From assembly GCA_964234715.1 (NCBI GenBank), contig OZ174275.1: DNA of 64,000 bases. One strand, given 5' to 3'. The stretch's first letter is position 1, and every line of letters begins with the position of its first letter. A model generated the notes under the pieces. That model saw only the letters and a list, made by a program, of their open reading frames with translations, was not told where the DNA came from and did no database searches. Positions 13,090 through 26,829 of this stretch are shown piece after piece. This DNA comes from Podarcis melisellensis (lineage: Eukaryota). The translations under genes and the position numbers were made by a program.

Positions 13090-15046
13090 ACCCTTCATCT
13101 GAGGTGAGGATCACAGTATAAAAACACAAAAATACATAGCATAAATGTATAGTTAGGAGTGTGCTGTTTGTTGGTTTTCCTGTTCTTTAGCAAGGCATAG
13201 CCAGAGTGCAAGGGAGCACAGGGTTCAGACTGGAGGCAAGGCTCTTTAAAACACAGAGCTCTGAAGTTGCTCCAGCACAAGTTGAAACTGAGCCCTTATA
13301 TAGCAGTAGCAGTAGCAGCAGGTGCCACCTAATTGTAGACACTGTCTATACTGCTTGACTTAATAGGACCCAGTCTTTTCTAGTAATTGCCTACTGCAAC
13401 AGAGTGGAGGGTCCTCAGCCTTCCGAAGGGGAATCCTTGGAGTCAGAGGACAGTAGTGTCATGAAGTAGTGATCCTGTGAGCAAGTACTGCTGGGTGGGG
13501 CCCCTCAGGCAGGTGGTAAAAATTAAGTCTCCCAAAATGGGAGCATGTGATGGGGCTGGCTATTTGCCAACATCCCCCAGACCCTATAAATCTACCAGTT
13601 AACCTGCCGGGGGAGAGAAAGAGCAGGCCATGTTTTAGACTTGCTGTTTGATGTTGTGTAGCTGGTGCCAGAGAAGATGCCAATAAAGCCTGGTAACCCG
13701 TTATGTGCTTGCGTGTGATTGATTAACAGCTTGGAGGGAGGACTTGGGAAAGTGACCCCCTCCTTGACATGTAATACCACATTCTTGGGGGTGGGCACTG
13801 GCTTCACAGGTTCATCTGATAGCAGCACTTCTGGGGCTGGTCCTGCATGTCCTTCGCCTTCAGTTTTAGAGTCCTCATCTCTGTCATCCTGTGAAAATGA
13901 ATCTGACTCCTGGTCCCAGACATTAGTCACCAGGTCTTAGTGGCCATGGAAGAGATATTTTTCGTTCATTTTAGCTTATTCATCAAAATCCATTTTAAGC
14001 CGCCTTCTCCTTTTTTCAGCTCCTTCAAATCCATGGTTTTATTTTCCTTTCTTTCATTTGCCTAGATCAAACTTTGGCCCAGTTCAGATATAACAAGCTA
14101 TGCTTTAGTGTTTTGTGAACAAACTGTACAAATAAACAGTACCTTCTTCTCCCTAGTGCATGTGTGAAGGAGATTGAAAGCAGTGAAACTCTGAACTAAC
14201 CACCATTTTCGGTTACACTGAAACTTGGGAAACTATTATTTATTCTAACAATGTTTAATGTAAACAATCCAGGATCAAACAGTGGTTCTAATCTTCATTT
14301 GTTTGAACCAACCACCATTGAAAGACACAAGAGTTTCCCAAGTATGAATGTAATTGTAAAGTCTAGTTTATTTAAAAATTAAAGCTTTCAGTCCCCTTGT
14401 GCATGGAAGAGCAGCTGAGGGGGGAGTACAGGAAACCAGTACAGTACTTAATGTGGTCCATTTTTATAACTCTTAACCGGTGTGGGCCTTTATTATTTTG
14501 AATGCTGTTGTATTAGCTACCATTGGTTTCTTTCACACTATTTAAAATACTCTTTCAGAAATATTATAATCTGTTAAACCTCTGTGCTGAATGACTATCA
14601 TTGTGGTTTAAAATCATGTTAACAGTCTTTAATTATTATTATTTTAACTAGAATGCTTGTATAATTAAGGATTTGAGGTGACTGAAGCAAAATGATTTTT
14701 TTTTTACTTTCCTGAATTTGATTATGTTGTGATTGTTATTTCTACCTCTAGTTTTCTGCAAGCTATGGAAAGCATTTCCTTACAATTGATTTAATTGTAA
14801 GGAAGAATTGTTTAAGGTGTTGTTGTTTTTTACATTCTGGAGATGCTACCATTAATGCTTCCAAATAGAAGCTTGGTTTCTTAGTTTTAACAGCAGACAG
14901 ACAAAGCAGCTAGTTGAAGATGGTGAGAATTAGTGTGTGAAAGAGGAGGGAAAGAAAGTGTGGCCCTGCATCCTATTCCCAATCCCTCTAATCCTCAATA
15001 GCATTACCTCTGCACGGGTCCTCATTTTTAAAACTTAAAGCATTTA

Positions 15047-15262
15047 TAGGTTTGCCATATTTCAAACAGTGAAAATCCAGACAGAAAAGTTGTTAAGCTT
15101 TTTTGGGCAAAATGCAAAAAGAAATTATGTCATTTTTATGCAGAAATGACACTACCAACATGGGCTGCCATGCATCTGGATTTTCCCTATTTCCGCACGG
15201 ACACTGCTGCCGACTGTATTCCAGGAATATGTCTGGAAAAATCCGGATGTATGGCAACCCTA
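15047..15262. mobile_element. hAT (Tip100-like) MITE
   Basis: TIRs TAGGTTTGCCATA / TATGGCAACCCTA. Confidence 0.7.
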
Positions 15263-17786
15263 ATTTGGAAAGCATTTTCTGGAAGAGCAGACAGACTTGA
15301 CTTGTGTGTGTTTGCCTGATGCTCAGGGTTTTCCTATTCATCCACTGTAATTTAACATTTACGGTAGCCAGAGTTTATCAGATGCAGTTATGTAACATTT
15401 TGAAAGCATGCAAGGAATGAAGCAATTTCTGCTATTGTCGATCAAACTTATATTATCAACTAAAATGAAGATTTTCCTCCTGCCTCCATCCCCATAAAAG
15501 AGCTACAGAGCCTATATTTAGTTCAGATCAATTTGTGCAACCCCTCTAGCACTAGAGAGTAAATCATCCCCACATTATTCATAAATATGGGTATTGTAGC
15601 TTAGCACATTTTAAATCTGGATAGTGCTGCACAATGCGCATTTTCAAGGAAGTTCTTTAATATTCTGACAAAGATGGACATAGCAGAAGCAGTGTCCATG
15701 ACCAGCCACCTTTGTAAAGAAGAATGAGGCCATCTCGAGTTACAGGGATTTTGGATGCCATAAAAGTTAGACTACAGTGAATGAATAGGTTAAAATCTGA
15801 GTATTAGGCAAACACCTGAGTTTGCTGTGTGTATATATGATGGTAACCTTAACTCACTTTCTGATATTTTATGTGCATGCAAAAGTATGCCATCTGTCTT
15901 CAGACTTCTATTCCTTAATGTCAAACTGTTTCCCCCAAGTGGTTTAAATTTCAGAGGGACATTTACATTTGCGCTAAATGTATTTGTGCTTTAAATATCC
16001 AACATCATTTTGGAAATGAACATTTGTGAATATAGAGCTTTTATTTAATAAATTATCCATACATGGGTGTGTTTGGTTTTTCACTGAATAAATCCCTGCT
16101 TGTTGTTCTTATTCTGCTAATGCTCTTTATTCTATTTTACTCATACTGTGTCATTGAGATTCTCCTGATCTATCTAGGAGAATAGTGAAAGAGTAGAATA
16201 ACGGGATTGTCCTTTCATATATATTTTATTATATACTAAAAAATTTAGTAGTTTAAACATAGAAAATAATAGATTTGACTTAGACCACTTACTCAAAGTC
16301 AGTTAGAAGTCATTTTTTTATTATGCTTTTCGTATTGGATCTTTGCTGCATATTTTGATCTTTGCTGCATATTTTGTTGTTTCTTCAGCTTGTAAACCAC
16401 CTTGTGTGTAGCAATATAGAAATCTGGTATGCAAGATAAAGTGAAGTGAAATGAAATGAAATAATAAAAAATGATATCTTCATGTTCAGAACCCAGCTAC
16501 TGTTCCTCATTTATCATTTAGCTGTTAGAATTTTTGTAGTTAATACAAAGATTTGAATTTAGATTCTGTTGGCTTCAGTTGGTTTAAATAAATAAAAAAG
16601 CACAGGACCAAGTCTCACTTGAAGAAATTAACTCTACAATCACTTGTTTATATTAATTAAAAATAGGGCTTGACTTTGTCCAGGAAAATATATTCCTTTT
16701 TTTTTAATGGTTGTTACTATAGATAATATACTTTGAAGTAGTTCCTTTCCTAATTGCATTTTTTCCAATGTCCTAAGTTTAAGGAACAACACTTATTTAT
16801 GTATCTTTGAAAAATTACTGTATAAATATCACTTCAAACACAAATCAATTTAGACTCATACACTTTTTAATGTGTTCTTAATCATAGCAGCAATAAAACT
16901 GCAAATGATTATTAGAACATAATAGATAATATTTAAAATTCTATTTTAAAAAAAATGAAAGGATCAAAGAAGTTCATTTAAGAGGGATTTCACATACAGC
17001 ATGAATTATGTCGCTAAATAATAGCACAGTAGTACTTCTCCAGCATTGTAAAATAGCTTAGAGAGAAGTATGATGCCTGTAGTTAGTGTAATGCATTGGT
17101 AATTAAGAGGGTATAAGGTTAAGCTTCATTAACTGTTGTAGGACTGTGGCTTGGGTTTTATTATGCCCTAGAGAACAGAAGAAGAGAGAGAGGTCAAACT
17201 ATTAGAACCTGATTTTGTTTAGTGCATCTGCCAAAGTAGGCAGAACAATGTAGCAGTTGACATAAGGAACAGAAATTCCTCACAGATATGAGGAAGATGC
17301 ATTCTGATGTAGAAAAGCAAGATATTTAGTTGTACCTTGGGAAGAAACCATTCCTGTGAAGGGAAGCTGTGAAAGCACATATCATTTTAACTACATTAAA
17401 CTATCTCTCCCTCCCCTTTCCCCTGTTCCTTTTGTTTACAAATCTCCCATAAAACCAGTTAATGTGAGGAAATCAGGGTTTTTAAAGTATTAAAATCACA
17501 TGGGATGGTCTTTCTAGTGCAGGTGCAGTGTCTACATGCAGGTTAAAAGCTGTTTCTCCCTTCTCTCACATGGGATGAGCCAGGTTGCAGGTGTATGATG
17601 GGCTGGTATGGAGAACAGATTTCCCCACACCTCCCATCCAGTAGCCCTGACATGCTTATGCTGCAGTGGTTTTGAATAATACGTACTGGCGTCCTGTCCC
17701 CTACACTATTCCAGTGCATTATTTGTTTCTGTGTACATAAACCTGGGAGTGAAGAGGAGGGAGGCATCAAGTCCTCTGGACTGTCA

Positions 17787-17924
17787 CAGCCTTTCGCAAC
17801 CTGTGGGTCCCCAGATGTTGTTGAACTACAACTCCCATCACCCCTAGCTAGCAAGGCCAGAGCTCAGGGATGATGAGAGTTGTAGTCCAACAACATCTAG
17901 GGACCCACAGGTTGAGAACCGCTG
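17787..17924. mobile_element. Palindromic hAT-type MITE
   Basis: Long imperfect inverted repeat: CAACCTGTGGGTCCCCAGATGTTGTTG...CAACAACATCTAGGGACCCACAGGTTG. Confidence 0.8.
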
Positions 17925-20900
17925 GTAGAGCATGCTTACATCTGTACACTGTAAGTGAGGAGGAGGGAGAATCAGGGCTCTCTTGAGCTCTGAGGATCCT
18001 TGTGGGGGATCATTTTTATAACAACAACCTAATTGAATAGATTTACCTATCATTAAATAGCTATTAGATACTTTAAAGAGTCTCTTAAAGTTACTTGTTA
18101 ATTTTCCGGATACAAGAGGGAAACATTTTGTAAATTTTGTCCAAACATTTTACCTTCCCAAAGTAGAGATTTAGGTTTAATTGTTTGTTGTTGTTGTTTT
18201 TAAATCCTTTCAAAATCCAAGGTACTGTGAGTAGTCATTTATTTATTACATCGAAGTGCCACATTCCTACAAGTTGCTCAGGGTGGTATATACATTGTCC
18301 CCTCCGGGACCCCATTTTGAAGTAGGGGGATTGGCCCAAGTCCACCAGTGAGCTACATAGCTGAGTGAAGTTTTAAGTATGAATCTGCCCGTTTCTGATC
18401 TGATACTCCATAACCACTATGCTAAACTGACATATATCTTAGAGGAGCTATTTTTAATGTGTGCAGATTACATGTTTTTAATTGCAACTTCACAATTTTG
18501 TTTCAAATTAGGCATATTTACTTATTAGCATCGACAGTTTATTTCTGATAAGGACTGTAATTGACATTTTCTTTCTCTGCTCCTTCACCATCATCAGGCT
18601 AGTGACACTGGGATGCTATAGTCATACATTGTTGACTGCATTAATTTGCATTTATAGACTGTGACATACCTCTGTTACACACACGATTTGGGATTGGGGG
18701 ATTCTTAAGTATTTGCAAAATATTTAGAAGAAGTCATTTAATGGTTATACCTCAATTGTATGTTCCTCAAACATCACCCTGTGAGGCAACCGCATGCTTG
18801 CTTTCTCATATGTCTGCAGCACAGATCAAATAATGATCTGCATTGTTTCCATGTTGTAACAAGAAAAACATTTGGGAATTCTTCAAAAGTGCTACTGGTA
18901 AAAACAAGAGGGAGAATGCTGTTTAAGGAGAGACCACATTAAAGTGTTTCTTCTGGCTCTCAGCCACAAGATTTTAATGTGCAGCCTAGGACATTTGGTC
19001 ACCTCTGCTACAGTGTGAGGCAGTCATTGCAGCAGCAGGTGTGCCCCTCATTGTAAGAGGCAGAATATAAAACAATGAGAAGCTTAGTGAGTTAAGTGAC
19101 TGCTTACATGGGATTTATACTAATGATAATCTCTTCCAGAACAATGGCCTATGGCTGCACTGAATTGTTTTTGTATATAGCATACCGTTATCTTTATGTC
19201 AATTAAAGTGTTGCAGGTGTTACAGAGAAAACGGACGGCAGTTTTATTGAATACAACACCTGGGAAAGTAATTTAAATTGGATTATAGCTGCAAAAACAT
19301 TTACATAACATTTGCCTTAAAAAAAATTTAAGTAGCTTATTTTAATATTTGAAACAATGAGCTATATTACAATTAGCTTAACCAAATAATAAAAAACAAC
19401 TTTGCTTATAGATGCTGAGATTAAAAAATTCAATTCTATTTTTACTTCCAGATTAGTATCATTCTGTTTTATACTTGTTTATTCAGAAGTAAGTATCACT
19501 GTGCTAATGGAGTTTCCTCTCAGAAAAAGCTTCCCATATGTTACCCCAAAGATTGGTTTAAAAAACATCTTCTTTCCTTATTATTTCCCTATTATAAAAC
19601 CGTCTTGCCTTCTGCTAATTCATTTTTCTGGTCAGCAAAGACCAGCAAACATTTTTCAAAGGCTAGTGTAATGTAGAGAATCATCTTTTATTCACCCAAG
19701 AGCTTACAAAATGGGTCTTTAAAAACGTTTTTTTCTACTGTTGGTTAGCGCTAATATAGCATTTACAGTATATTTGTCTATATCGCTATGAAGATTTTAG
19801 GTAGAAATTTGATGGATAAACATGATAAATAAAGTCACTGGTCCTTTTCAGGTGTTACCATTCCATGTGAAGAAAACAAGGGGAGCAACAGAGATAAAAA
19901 CCAGTGGCAGAAAAATGTTCATGGAGCCACCACAGTTACATGAGAAGGTTCCCCACTACGCTCAGTCACCTCCATGAGCTGAGGGTAATAAGAATGACAA
20001 AGCAGAGGGCAAAACTAGTGACCACATAGGTTGAGTCTTGGGTGCAAATATATATCTGCCAAGGACACAGGAAGCTTCCTTATGCTGAGTCAGAATATTG
20101 GTCCATCTAGGTTGTTGTTGTCTATACTGACTGGCAGCAAATCAGTAACCCCACTGCCGCAAACACATTTAAAAGGCCTTATAATGTTATTTAATTGTTA
20201 TTTATCTAGCTGTTCACTAAATATATATCTAACTACATTTTAGCCTTCATGACATTAGATACATTTTTGAGACCATGGAAAAGACAACATAAAAAATGTA
20301 ATCACCTGTGTTTGTTTTCTGTACGTATGATGATGAAAAATCAATCCGAACAAAATGGGCTGTAGCCAACAAAATCATCCCATTCGTGCAAAGACTTCCA
20401 CTTGTGCAACAGAACTTCCCTTCCCTCTTTTCTCCTCACACCCCTTCAAGTCCACTCCAGAGGGTTTGAGGAAACCCAACACAGATGGGGAAGCACACAG
20501 TGGAGAAGGGGGAGGGGAAGTTTCATTGTGCAAGCGGAAGACCTTGTGTGAATAGGACAACTGTGTTGGATACAGCCCTTTAATTATATTAACTGTGGGT
20601 CTGCAAATGGCAGCCTTGGAAGAGGGTTGATCTGCTTTTGGGCAGGCACTCGATCATACTATTCAAAGCATTTTTACCCACATCTACTTCTCACACTGCC
20701 ATTTGTCTTTTGTTGAATCTCCTGTCCCTTAATTAGGAAGAACTCTAGCTCAACTTCTGTAACTTATCTTAGTAACAATGTTACGATTTGTTCTAATGAG
20801 ATAAATGGTGAGTGAACTTCAGTAGAATCACTTCCTTGAGCACATCTCATGCCTCTTGATTATAATTCTTATTGTACTCAAGTCTGCTTGAAGAGTGGGA

Positions 20901-21160
20901 ATCATGAATTCTATATTTAAACCTTGGATCTGTTCCAAGACTCTTACAGATAATTACAAATTCAGTTTGAAACGAGGGAAGAAACTTCTAGGATGGCAAC
21001 CTACAATACCAATTTCTGTTTTAAAAAAACCAACTTGCTTAATGTGAACTATTGTTGGTTGATTATTCTGTAGGCTTATAATAGAATCTGGTAAGAAAAC
21101 GATTTAACTTTATTTTTATAAATTGACTTTTGAATTCCTATAGTTTGTCTTACTGTAGAA

Positions 21161-21293
21161 TAAGGTTACCAGACGTCCCTGTTTCCCGGGGACAGTCCCC
21201 GGATTTACAAATCAGTCCCCTGACAAAATCCATCTATTTAGTAGGAAGTTGAAAAGTCTCTCCGGATTCATTGAAAAAGATCTGGTAAATTTA
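21161..21293. mobile_element. hAT MITE
   Basis: TIRs TAAGGTTACCAGA / TCTGGTAAATTTA and an 8-bp TSD CTGTAGAA. Confidence 0.75.
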
Positions 21294-21481
21294 CTGTAGA
21301 AAGAAGGAAATTGGATCACTCAGCTGCCCTAAGAGAGGTAGTTCTGGTTTGGGTTATTGGAAGTTGGAACATTTGGAGGGCACCAGGTTGGGGAAGGCTG
21401 CTGTACAGGCTACAGGGAGAGGAATGTCAGTAGTTGATGTAGCAGAAAGAAGTTGTTTTAGATTTGTCTAACAGATGGCAG

Positions 21482-21836
21482 GTGGCGCTGTGGGTTAAAG
21501 CCTCAGCGCCTAGGACTTGCTGATCGAAAGGTCGGCGGTTCGAATCCCTGCTGCGGGGTGCGCTCCCGCTGCTCGGTCCCAGCGCCTGCCAACCTAGCAG
21601 TTCGAAAGCACCTCCGGGTGCAAGTAGATAAATAGGGACCGCTTACCAGCGGGAAGGTAAACGGCGTTTCCGTGTGCGGCTCTGGCTCGCCAGATGCAGC
21701 TTTGTCACGCTGGCCACGTGACCCGGAAGTGTCTTCGGACAGCGCTGGCCCCTGGCCTCTTAAGTGAGATGGGCGCACAACCCCAGAGTCTGTCAAGACT
21801 GGCCCGTTCGGGCAGGGGTACCTTTACCTTTACCTT
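21482..21836 (+). mobile_element. Sauria SINE
   Basis: Near-identical to 40732-41094. TSD TAACAGATGGCAG (21469-21481 and 21837-21849). Confidence 0.9.
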
Positions 21837-23942
21837 TAACAGATGGCAGTGGATAGCAAGAAGGGGACATAATTTGCTTACTCACTGTTGTCCTAATGAT
21901 CAAAAAACTCAACAAAGGTAAGCAAGGAGTGTACACTGTTCCTTGACAATTAAGTCAATTTGATTTATAGAGACACAACACTTAATAAAGTATCTTTAAG
22001 CCAGACTATTGGAATATGAACGGAGTGTCTGACTACTATTCTGACTAACATATAGATTCAGGGAGTAAACTTTTAAAAAATAATGATTGTTTTAAACATG
22101 ATATGCCACTTCAGAGCATTCAAAGCATTTCAGATTTATTTTGTTATAATCCTTAGTATTTCTTTAAGATAGATCGCTATTATCCCTGTATTGCAGATGC
22201 GGGACTAAGTGGCAGAGGCTAGATTTGAACTAGGAACTTTCTTATTTGCAGCTCAGTTTCTTAGCTGTTGCTCCACACCAGCTCTCATTTAGCCTATGTT
22301 TGGTATTCTGAGTCGTGATCCCCCTGTGCTTCTGGGTCACTGCATCAAAATTGAGATTGGGTGTCTTGCAAAGGTACACTCTAGCATGCTAATTGCACTC
22401 TGGCAACTCATGCCATAGAAATAGGATGCCAGATCCATTAGGTAGGCCCTAGTATTCAAAAAACATTCAACACATTATCTCATGCACATAACAGACTGAG
22501 ATGTCTATTACTACAACACTTGGTCAGCTGCAATATCCCTGCAATCTTTTCAGCTGATTAGCAAGTTAGCTCCCAATTGGTAGAATGCCTATGTAACTAG
22601 GCCAGAAATAAATAAATAAATCAGTCCTGTCAAGTTGGTATCTACATTTCCACTGCAGTCACTGGTCTAAAAAGCAAATGCAAATGTTACAGTCACTACC
22701 ACAAATCATTTATTGCTACATTTGTACAAACTTTTCTGACGTGTTAGTATTTATTTATAAAACACATATGCATCTTTTGTCTTTTTAAAATTCCCCAAGG
22801 TAGGAATCAGAGAGAAATGCAAACTTATTTCAGACTTATTTCAAACTTATTTCAGTATGTGAACTGAAACACAGTTATCTTTTGGAATTCACACTTCTCA
22901 GAAATATTAGTGAAAACAATGTGCAAATATGCGTATGGGCGGATGTACAAAAATGTGATAGTAGGGGAAATGTGTACGTAAATGTATATGATTTTGTGTG
23001 GGGATTTAAGAAACTCAAAAGTGATGTGGAAAGAGAACACATTGAAAAAAATGAGGAACTTAGAAAAACCAAAATCGATAGATTGATCCACTGTTCCCAA
23101 GCTTATTATAACATTCAACAGGCATTAAGATAATATTTAAAATGTTTATTTATGTGGCTCCACAACATAGGAATGTGTGTACATTCAGCTATAAAATGTC
23201 TACATTAGAGAACCCTGCGTAAGTTATTACATACTTGAATATTGTATGAGATGTGTTTTGCAACGCCACCCACGTCCCTTTTGCATGATAAACCCATTTT
23301 GTGTAACAGGTTTGTATATGTCTGAAGGTGAGTTTGACTTGAGTCAAAGGATAGCAGGTAAATGGGATCATTGGCAATTTTTCAGTTTTAGATCAGGATT
23401 GAATTGTCCTGTCGTTTGTGAATGAATGGGTTCTTTAATTTTGATGCCTTGGCATGCTTGAAATAAAAGTAAAAGGATAAAATCCATACAAATAAATGCA
23501 TCTGTTGATCCCAATGTTTTATTCCTGGCAGATTCTTATTGTATGGCATTTCTCTGCTTTTAGCACTTTCCCCTAATAATTGGCTTTGAACTGCAGGGAC
23601 TTCCTATGCATGTGATGACAGGCTCTGGTGGATTGAGCGCACAAGACAAATAGTGGGTCCAATGGTCATGTGCTGTAGAGGGAAATGAGAGGCTTCTGAA
23701 CTTGGGAAGGTAGCTCATCTAGGATAAGGAAAACTCTGATCCTAAACCTTTGCTGCCTTGTGGCAATACTCATTTCTGAGAAAAGCTTCAGGAGTAAATG
23801 TCAAGGAAAAACCCACACTTGCTGCCCTGCAGCCTCCATAATGTAATCTTATTGTTGTTGTTGTTGTTGTTGCTTTTATTTGCTTTTCTATTACATTTCT
23901 TCACTGGTGTATCACCATTAGTACAACAACTGTTGCATTCAA

Positions 23943-23943
23943 T

Positions 23944-24017
<74 letters not shown>
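23943..24017. repeat. Compound (TG)n(AG)n microsatellite
   Basis: Direct reading of the sequence. Confidence 0.95.
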
Positions 24018-24020
<3 letters not shown>

Positions 24021-24689
24021 GGTGTGTGTGTGAAAAATTCTTTTCATGTACTTCCCTTCCACTCCTTCCCTGGTTTCCTCTCTATTCCCAACCTATCCAC
24101 ATCTTCTTGTTCTTCTAAATTTCCCTCTCTCCTCTTTATCACATGTTATAACTTACGTTGCTGAATTATGCTCATCCTGCTAGATTGACTGTCTTGTTAT
24201 AATAATTTTTCATATATTCTATATATAACATCCAATCTTCATTAAGTTTTTTTATCTGTTTCTTATTCTATTAGCCATACCTGCTAGTTCCGAGTATTCC
24301 AGCATTTTATGATGTCACTCCTCTTTTGTTGGAACTGCGTCTGTTCTCCACTTTTGTGCAAGTAAAATCTGCACAGCTGTGGTCGCATACATCAATAGAC
24401 TCACTTGTTTTGGGAGGACTTCTGTCCTTACTATACCCAGAAGGATCCTTTAAACGTTTTTTTCAGTCCATTCCATAATGTAATCCAGCTCCTGTCCTAT
24501 GCTTGCCTTTCTCTTTCTCTCAGAATCAGGGAAGAAGGCATGCGACTTACATGTGGTTTGGATTACTTTTGCCACTGCAAATGTCTCTGATGTAATGCAG
24601 GAGCAAAAAATATTCTTGTGGGAGGCCAACCCCAGCCCATGTGCCCATAGTTGACCATCCCTGGAATAAAGTGTCACTATAAATAAATG

Positions 24690-26610
24690 ATAAATGGCTT
24701 TAGAATTAGAATGGGCTTTGTAGGCCAGCTAGATTATGTTCCTGCTCAAAGCAGAAAATTCATATCTAGAGCACCCCTAACACATGACTTTCTAGTCTCT
24801 GCTTGAAGACCTCCAATGAGGACAGCCCATTTCCAGGTAACTGGTTCCCTTGTCAAACTTCTCTTAACATTTTAATATTTTTCCTAATGTTCAGCTGAAA
24901 CCTACTCTAATAAAACTGAAACAGAATAGATCTAGTCCTGCCCTCTGGGGTAGCAGAGAACAAAACTTTGTTCTCTTATTTGTGTTAGTCCTTGAGGCAT
25001 TTGTAGAGTGCTAGCATGTCTGTTCTCATCTTCCCTGCATTCAAACAATATCCAGTTATTTCAACCTTTGCACAGAAGACTTGTTTTCCATACCTCTGGC
25101 AGGTTTTGTTGTCCTCCCCTGAACCCATTTCAATTTGTCTCTTATCAGAGGCGTACCTAGGCTCCTTTGTACCCTTGGCAAGGAGTTGTATCGGTGCCAT
25201 CCAACCCTTGTGCTCTTGGCAAGGAGATGTATTGGTGCCTCCAAAGCCAGGAGAGACCATGAACCAGAAACTCAAAAAGTTTGTTTTTTGTTTCCTTTCC
25301 TGCTCCACCAGTGACTTCCTTTGCAGTCATCATGGTCGGGTCAGGTCTGCTCTGCTCCGTCTCTCTCCTCCTCCTCCTCCTCCTCCTCCTCTTGTCTGTC
25401 CGTCTGCCTTCCTCCTCAGAGTGGAGGGGCCAACCTGGCCAACCCCTGTCTAGAATATATCTTCAAAGTGCAGCACCCCAAACTGGACACAGTTATTCAT
25501 ATGAGAGCCGAATCAAAAGGAATTATTAATTCCTGTGATTTTGGTTACTATGGTTCTACTAGCAGCCTTGTGCCTGGTATTGCTTGAGAATGCCATCTTG
25601 ATTTAAAATGGCGTCCAATTGTATCCAAACATAGACAAAAATCTACTACTTGATCATACAAAACTTGGTTCAATTTTTTTTTAGAGATGGCCTCATACCT
25701 ACCAAACTGGTAAACTGATTTCTAAAATATATAATAGGCTAATTAATGCAGCCTAAAATTGCTTAAGGTTTTTTTTGCAACCATATCACTCTGTTGATTC
25801 ATGTTCAGCTTGACAGACCCTTTTCATGGATACTACTGCCAATCCAAGTATCTCCCATCTTATTCTTGTGCATTTTATATTTGCCTAAATGCAACTTTAC
25901 ATTTGTCTCAATTGAATTCCAGCCTAGTTTCCTATCAAGATCTTGAATTTCAGTCCTGAAGTATTAGCCATCCTTCCTGTTTTTGTGTGTTTTTCAAATC
26001 TGATAAAGGTTCTCGCCACCCCTTTATCTAAGTCGCTGATGAAAATATTGAAGAGCACCTGGTCCAACCCAAAGGTAGTCCTCTCAAAATTTCCTTGCAG
26101 TTTGATGAAAAACTATTAATGAGCACTCTTTGAGTATAGTGTTCCAACCAGCTGTAAATCTACGTGATGGTATTATTATGTGGCCCACATTTAATTACTT
26201 TCCAAACTGAATATAAAAGGGGACATTGTCAAATGGCTTGTTGAAATCATTAGAAATTATATTGACAGGCTTCCCATAGTCTACTAAGTAACCCAATAAG
26301 AAAGAGAGATCAGATTAGTCTAGCTAGTAGGATTTATTCTTGACAAATCCATGCTGTTTCTTGCTAATCACTGCATTGTTATCAGGATGCTTACAAACTG
26401 ACTCCTCTGGTATCGAAATGAGACTGACTAGTCTGTAGTCTCCTGGATTCTCCTTCCTCCTCTTTTGTGAAAATTGGGGCAAAATTTACCTGTGTCTGTT
26501 CCTGTGGCACCTTATTCATTCTCTGGAATTTCTCAAATATTATAGACCAAGGTTCTGATGGTACATCCACTGGTTCCTTTAGTACCTTGAAGTGAGCTTC
26601 CAATACTATC
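24690..26610 (-). mobile_element. Degenerate CR1 LINE ORF2 (two blocks, interrupted at ~25100-25450)
   Basis: Minus-strand relics EPWSIIFEK..KVP....NFAPIF.K, RPVSL-like, and DMLALYKCLK, followed by CR1-type 3' sequence. Confidence 0.7.
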
Positions 26611-26709
26611 ATTAATGTTTGCTGTGAGTTGTTAAATCTTCTTTAACAATATTACCCTAAATGTTTAATAAAATCAGCTCATCTAAAACATTTATTATTT
26701 TTCATTCAG

Positions 26710-26829
26710 GAACTTCCCTCACCCTTGCTGAATGAAATAGAAGAAGAAGCAACAGCTGTCAAGTCCAAACAAGATTCTCAGGAATCCATGAGAATAGCCT
26801 GGCGTTACCAGAACATACCAAAACTAGAG
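26710..26829 (+). CDS. ELP4: ELP4 coding exon (equivalent to exon 4)
   Basis: ttcattcag|GAA...GAG|gtaaac; 120 nt, phase 0/0. Encodes ELPSPLLNEIEEEATAVKSKQDSQESMRIAWRYQNIPKLE, including the Elp4 hallmark M[KR]IAWRY. Confidence 0.95.

Noticed and set aside
16338-16377. Short tandem duplications (also 22821-22855 and 48547-48586)
   Set aside because: Ordinary slippage or repair duplications with no sign of function.
21482-21560. tRNA genes (A/B boxes) at SINE heads
   Set aside because: There is no full cloverleaf, and each continues into a SINE body and tail with a TSD.
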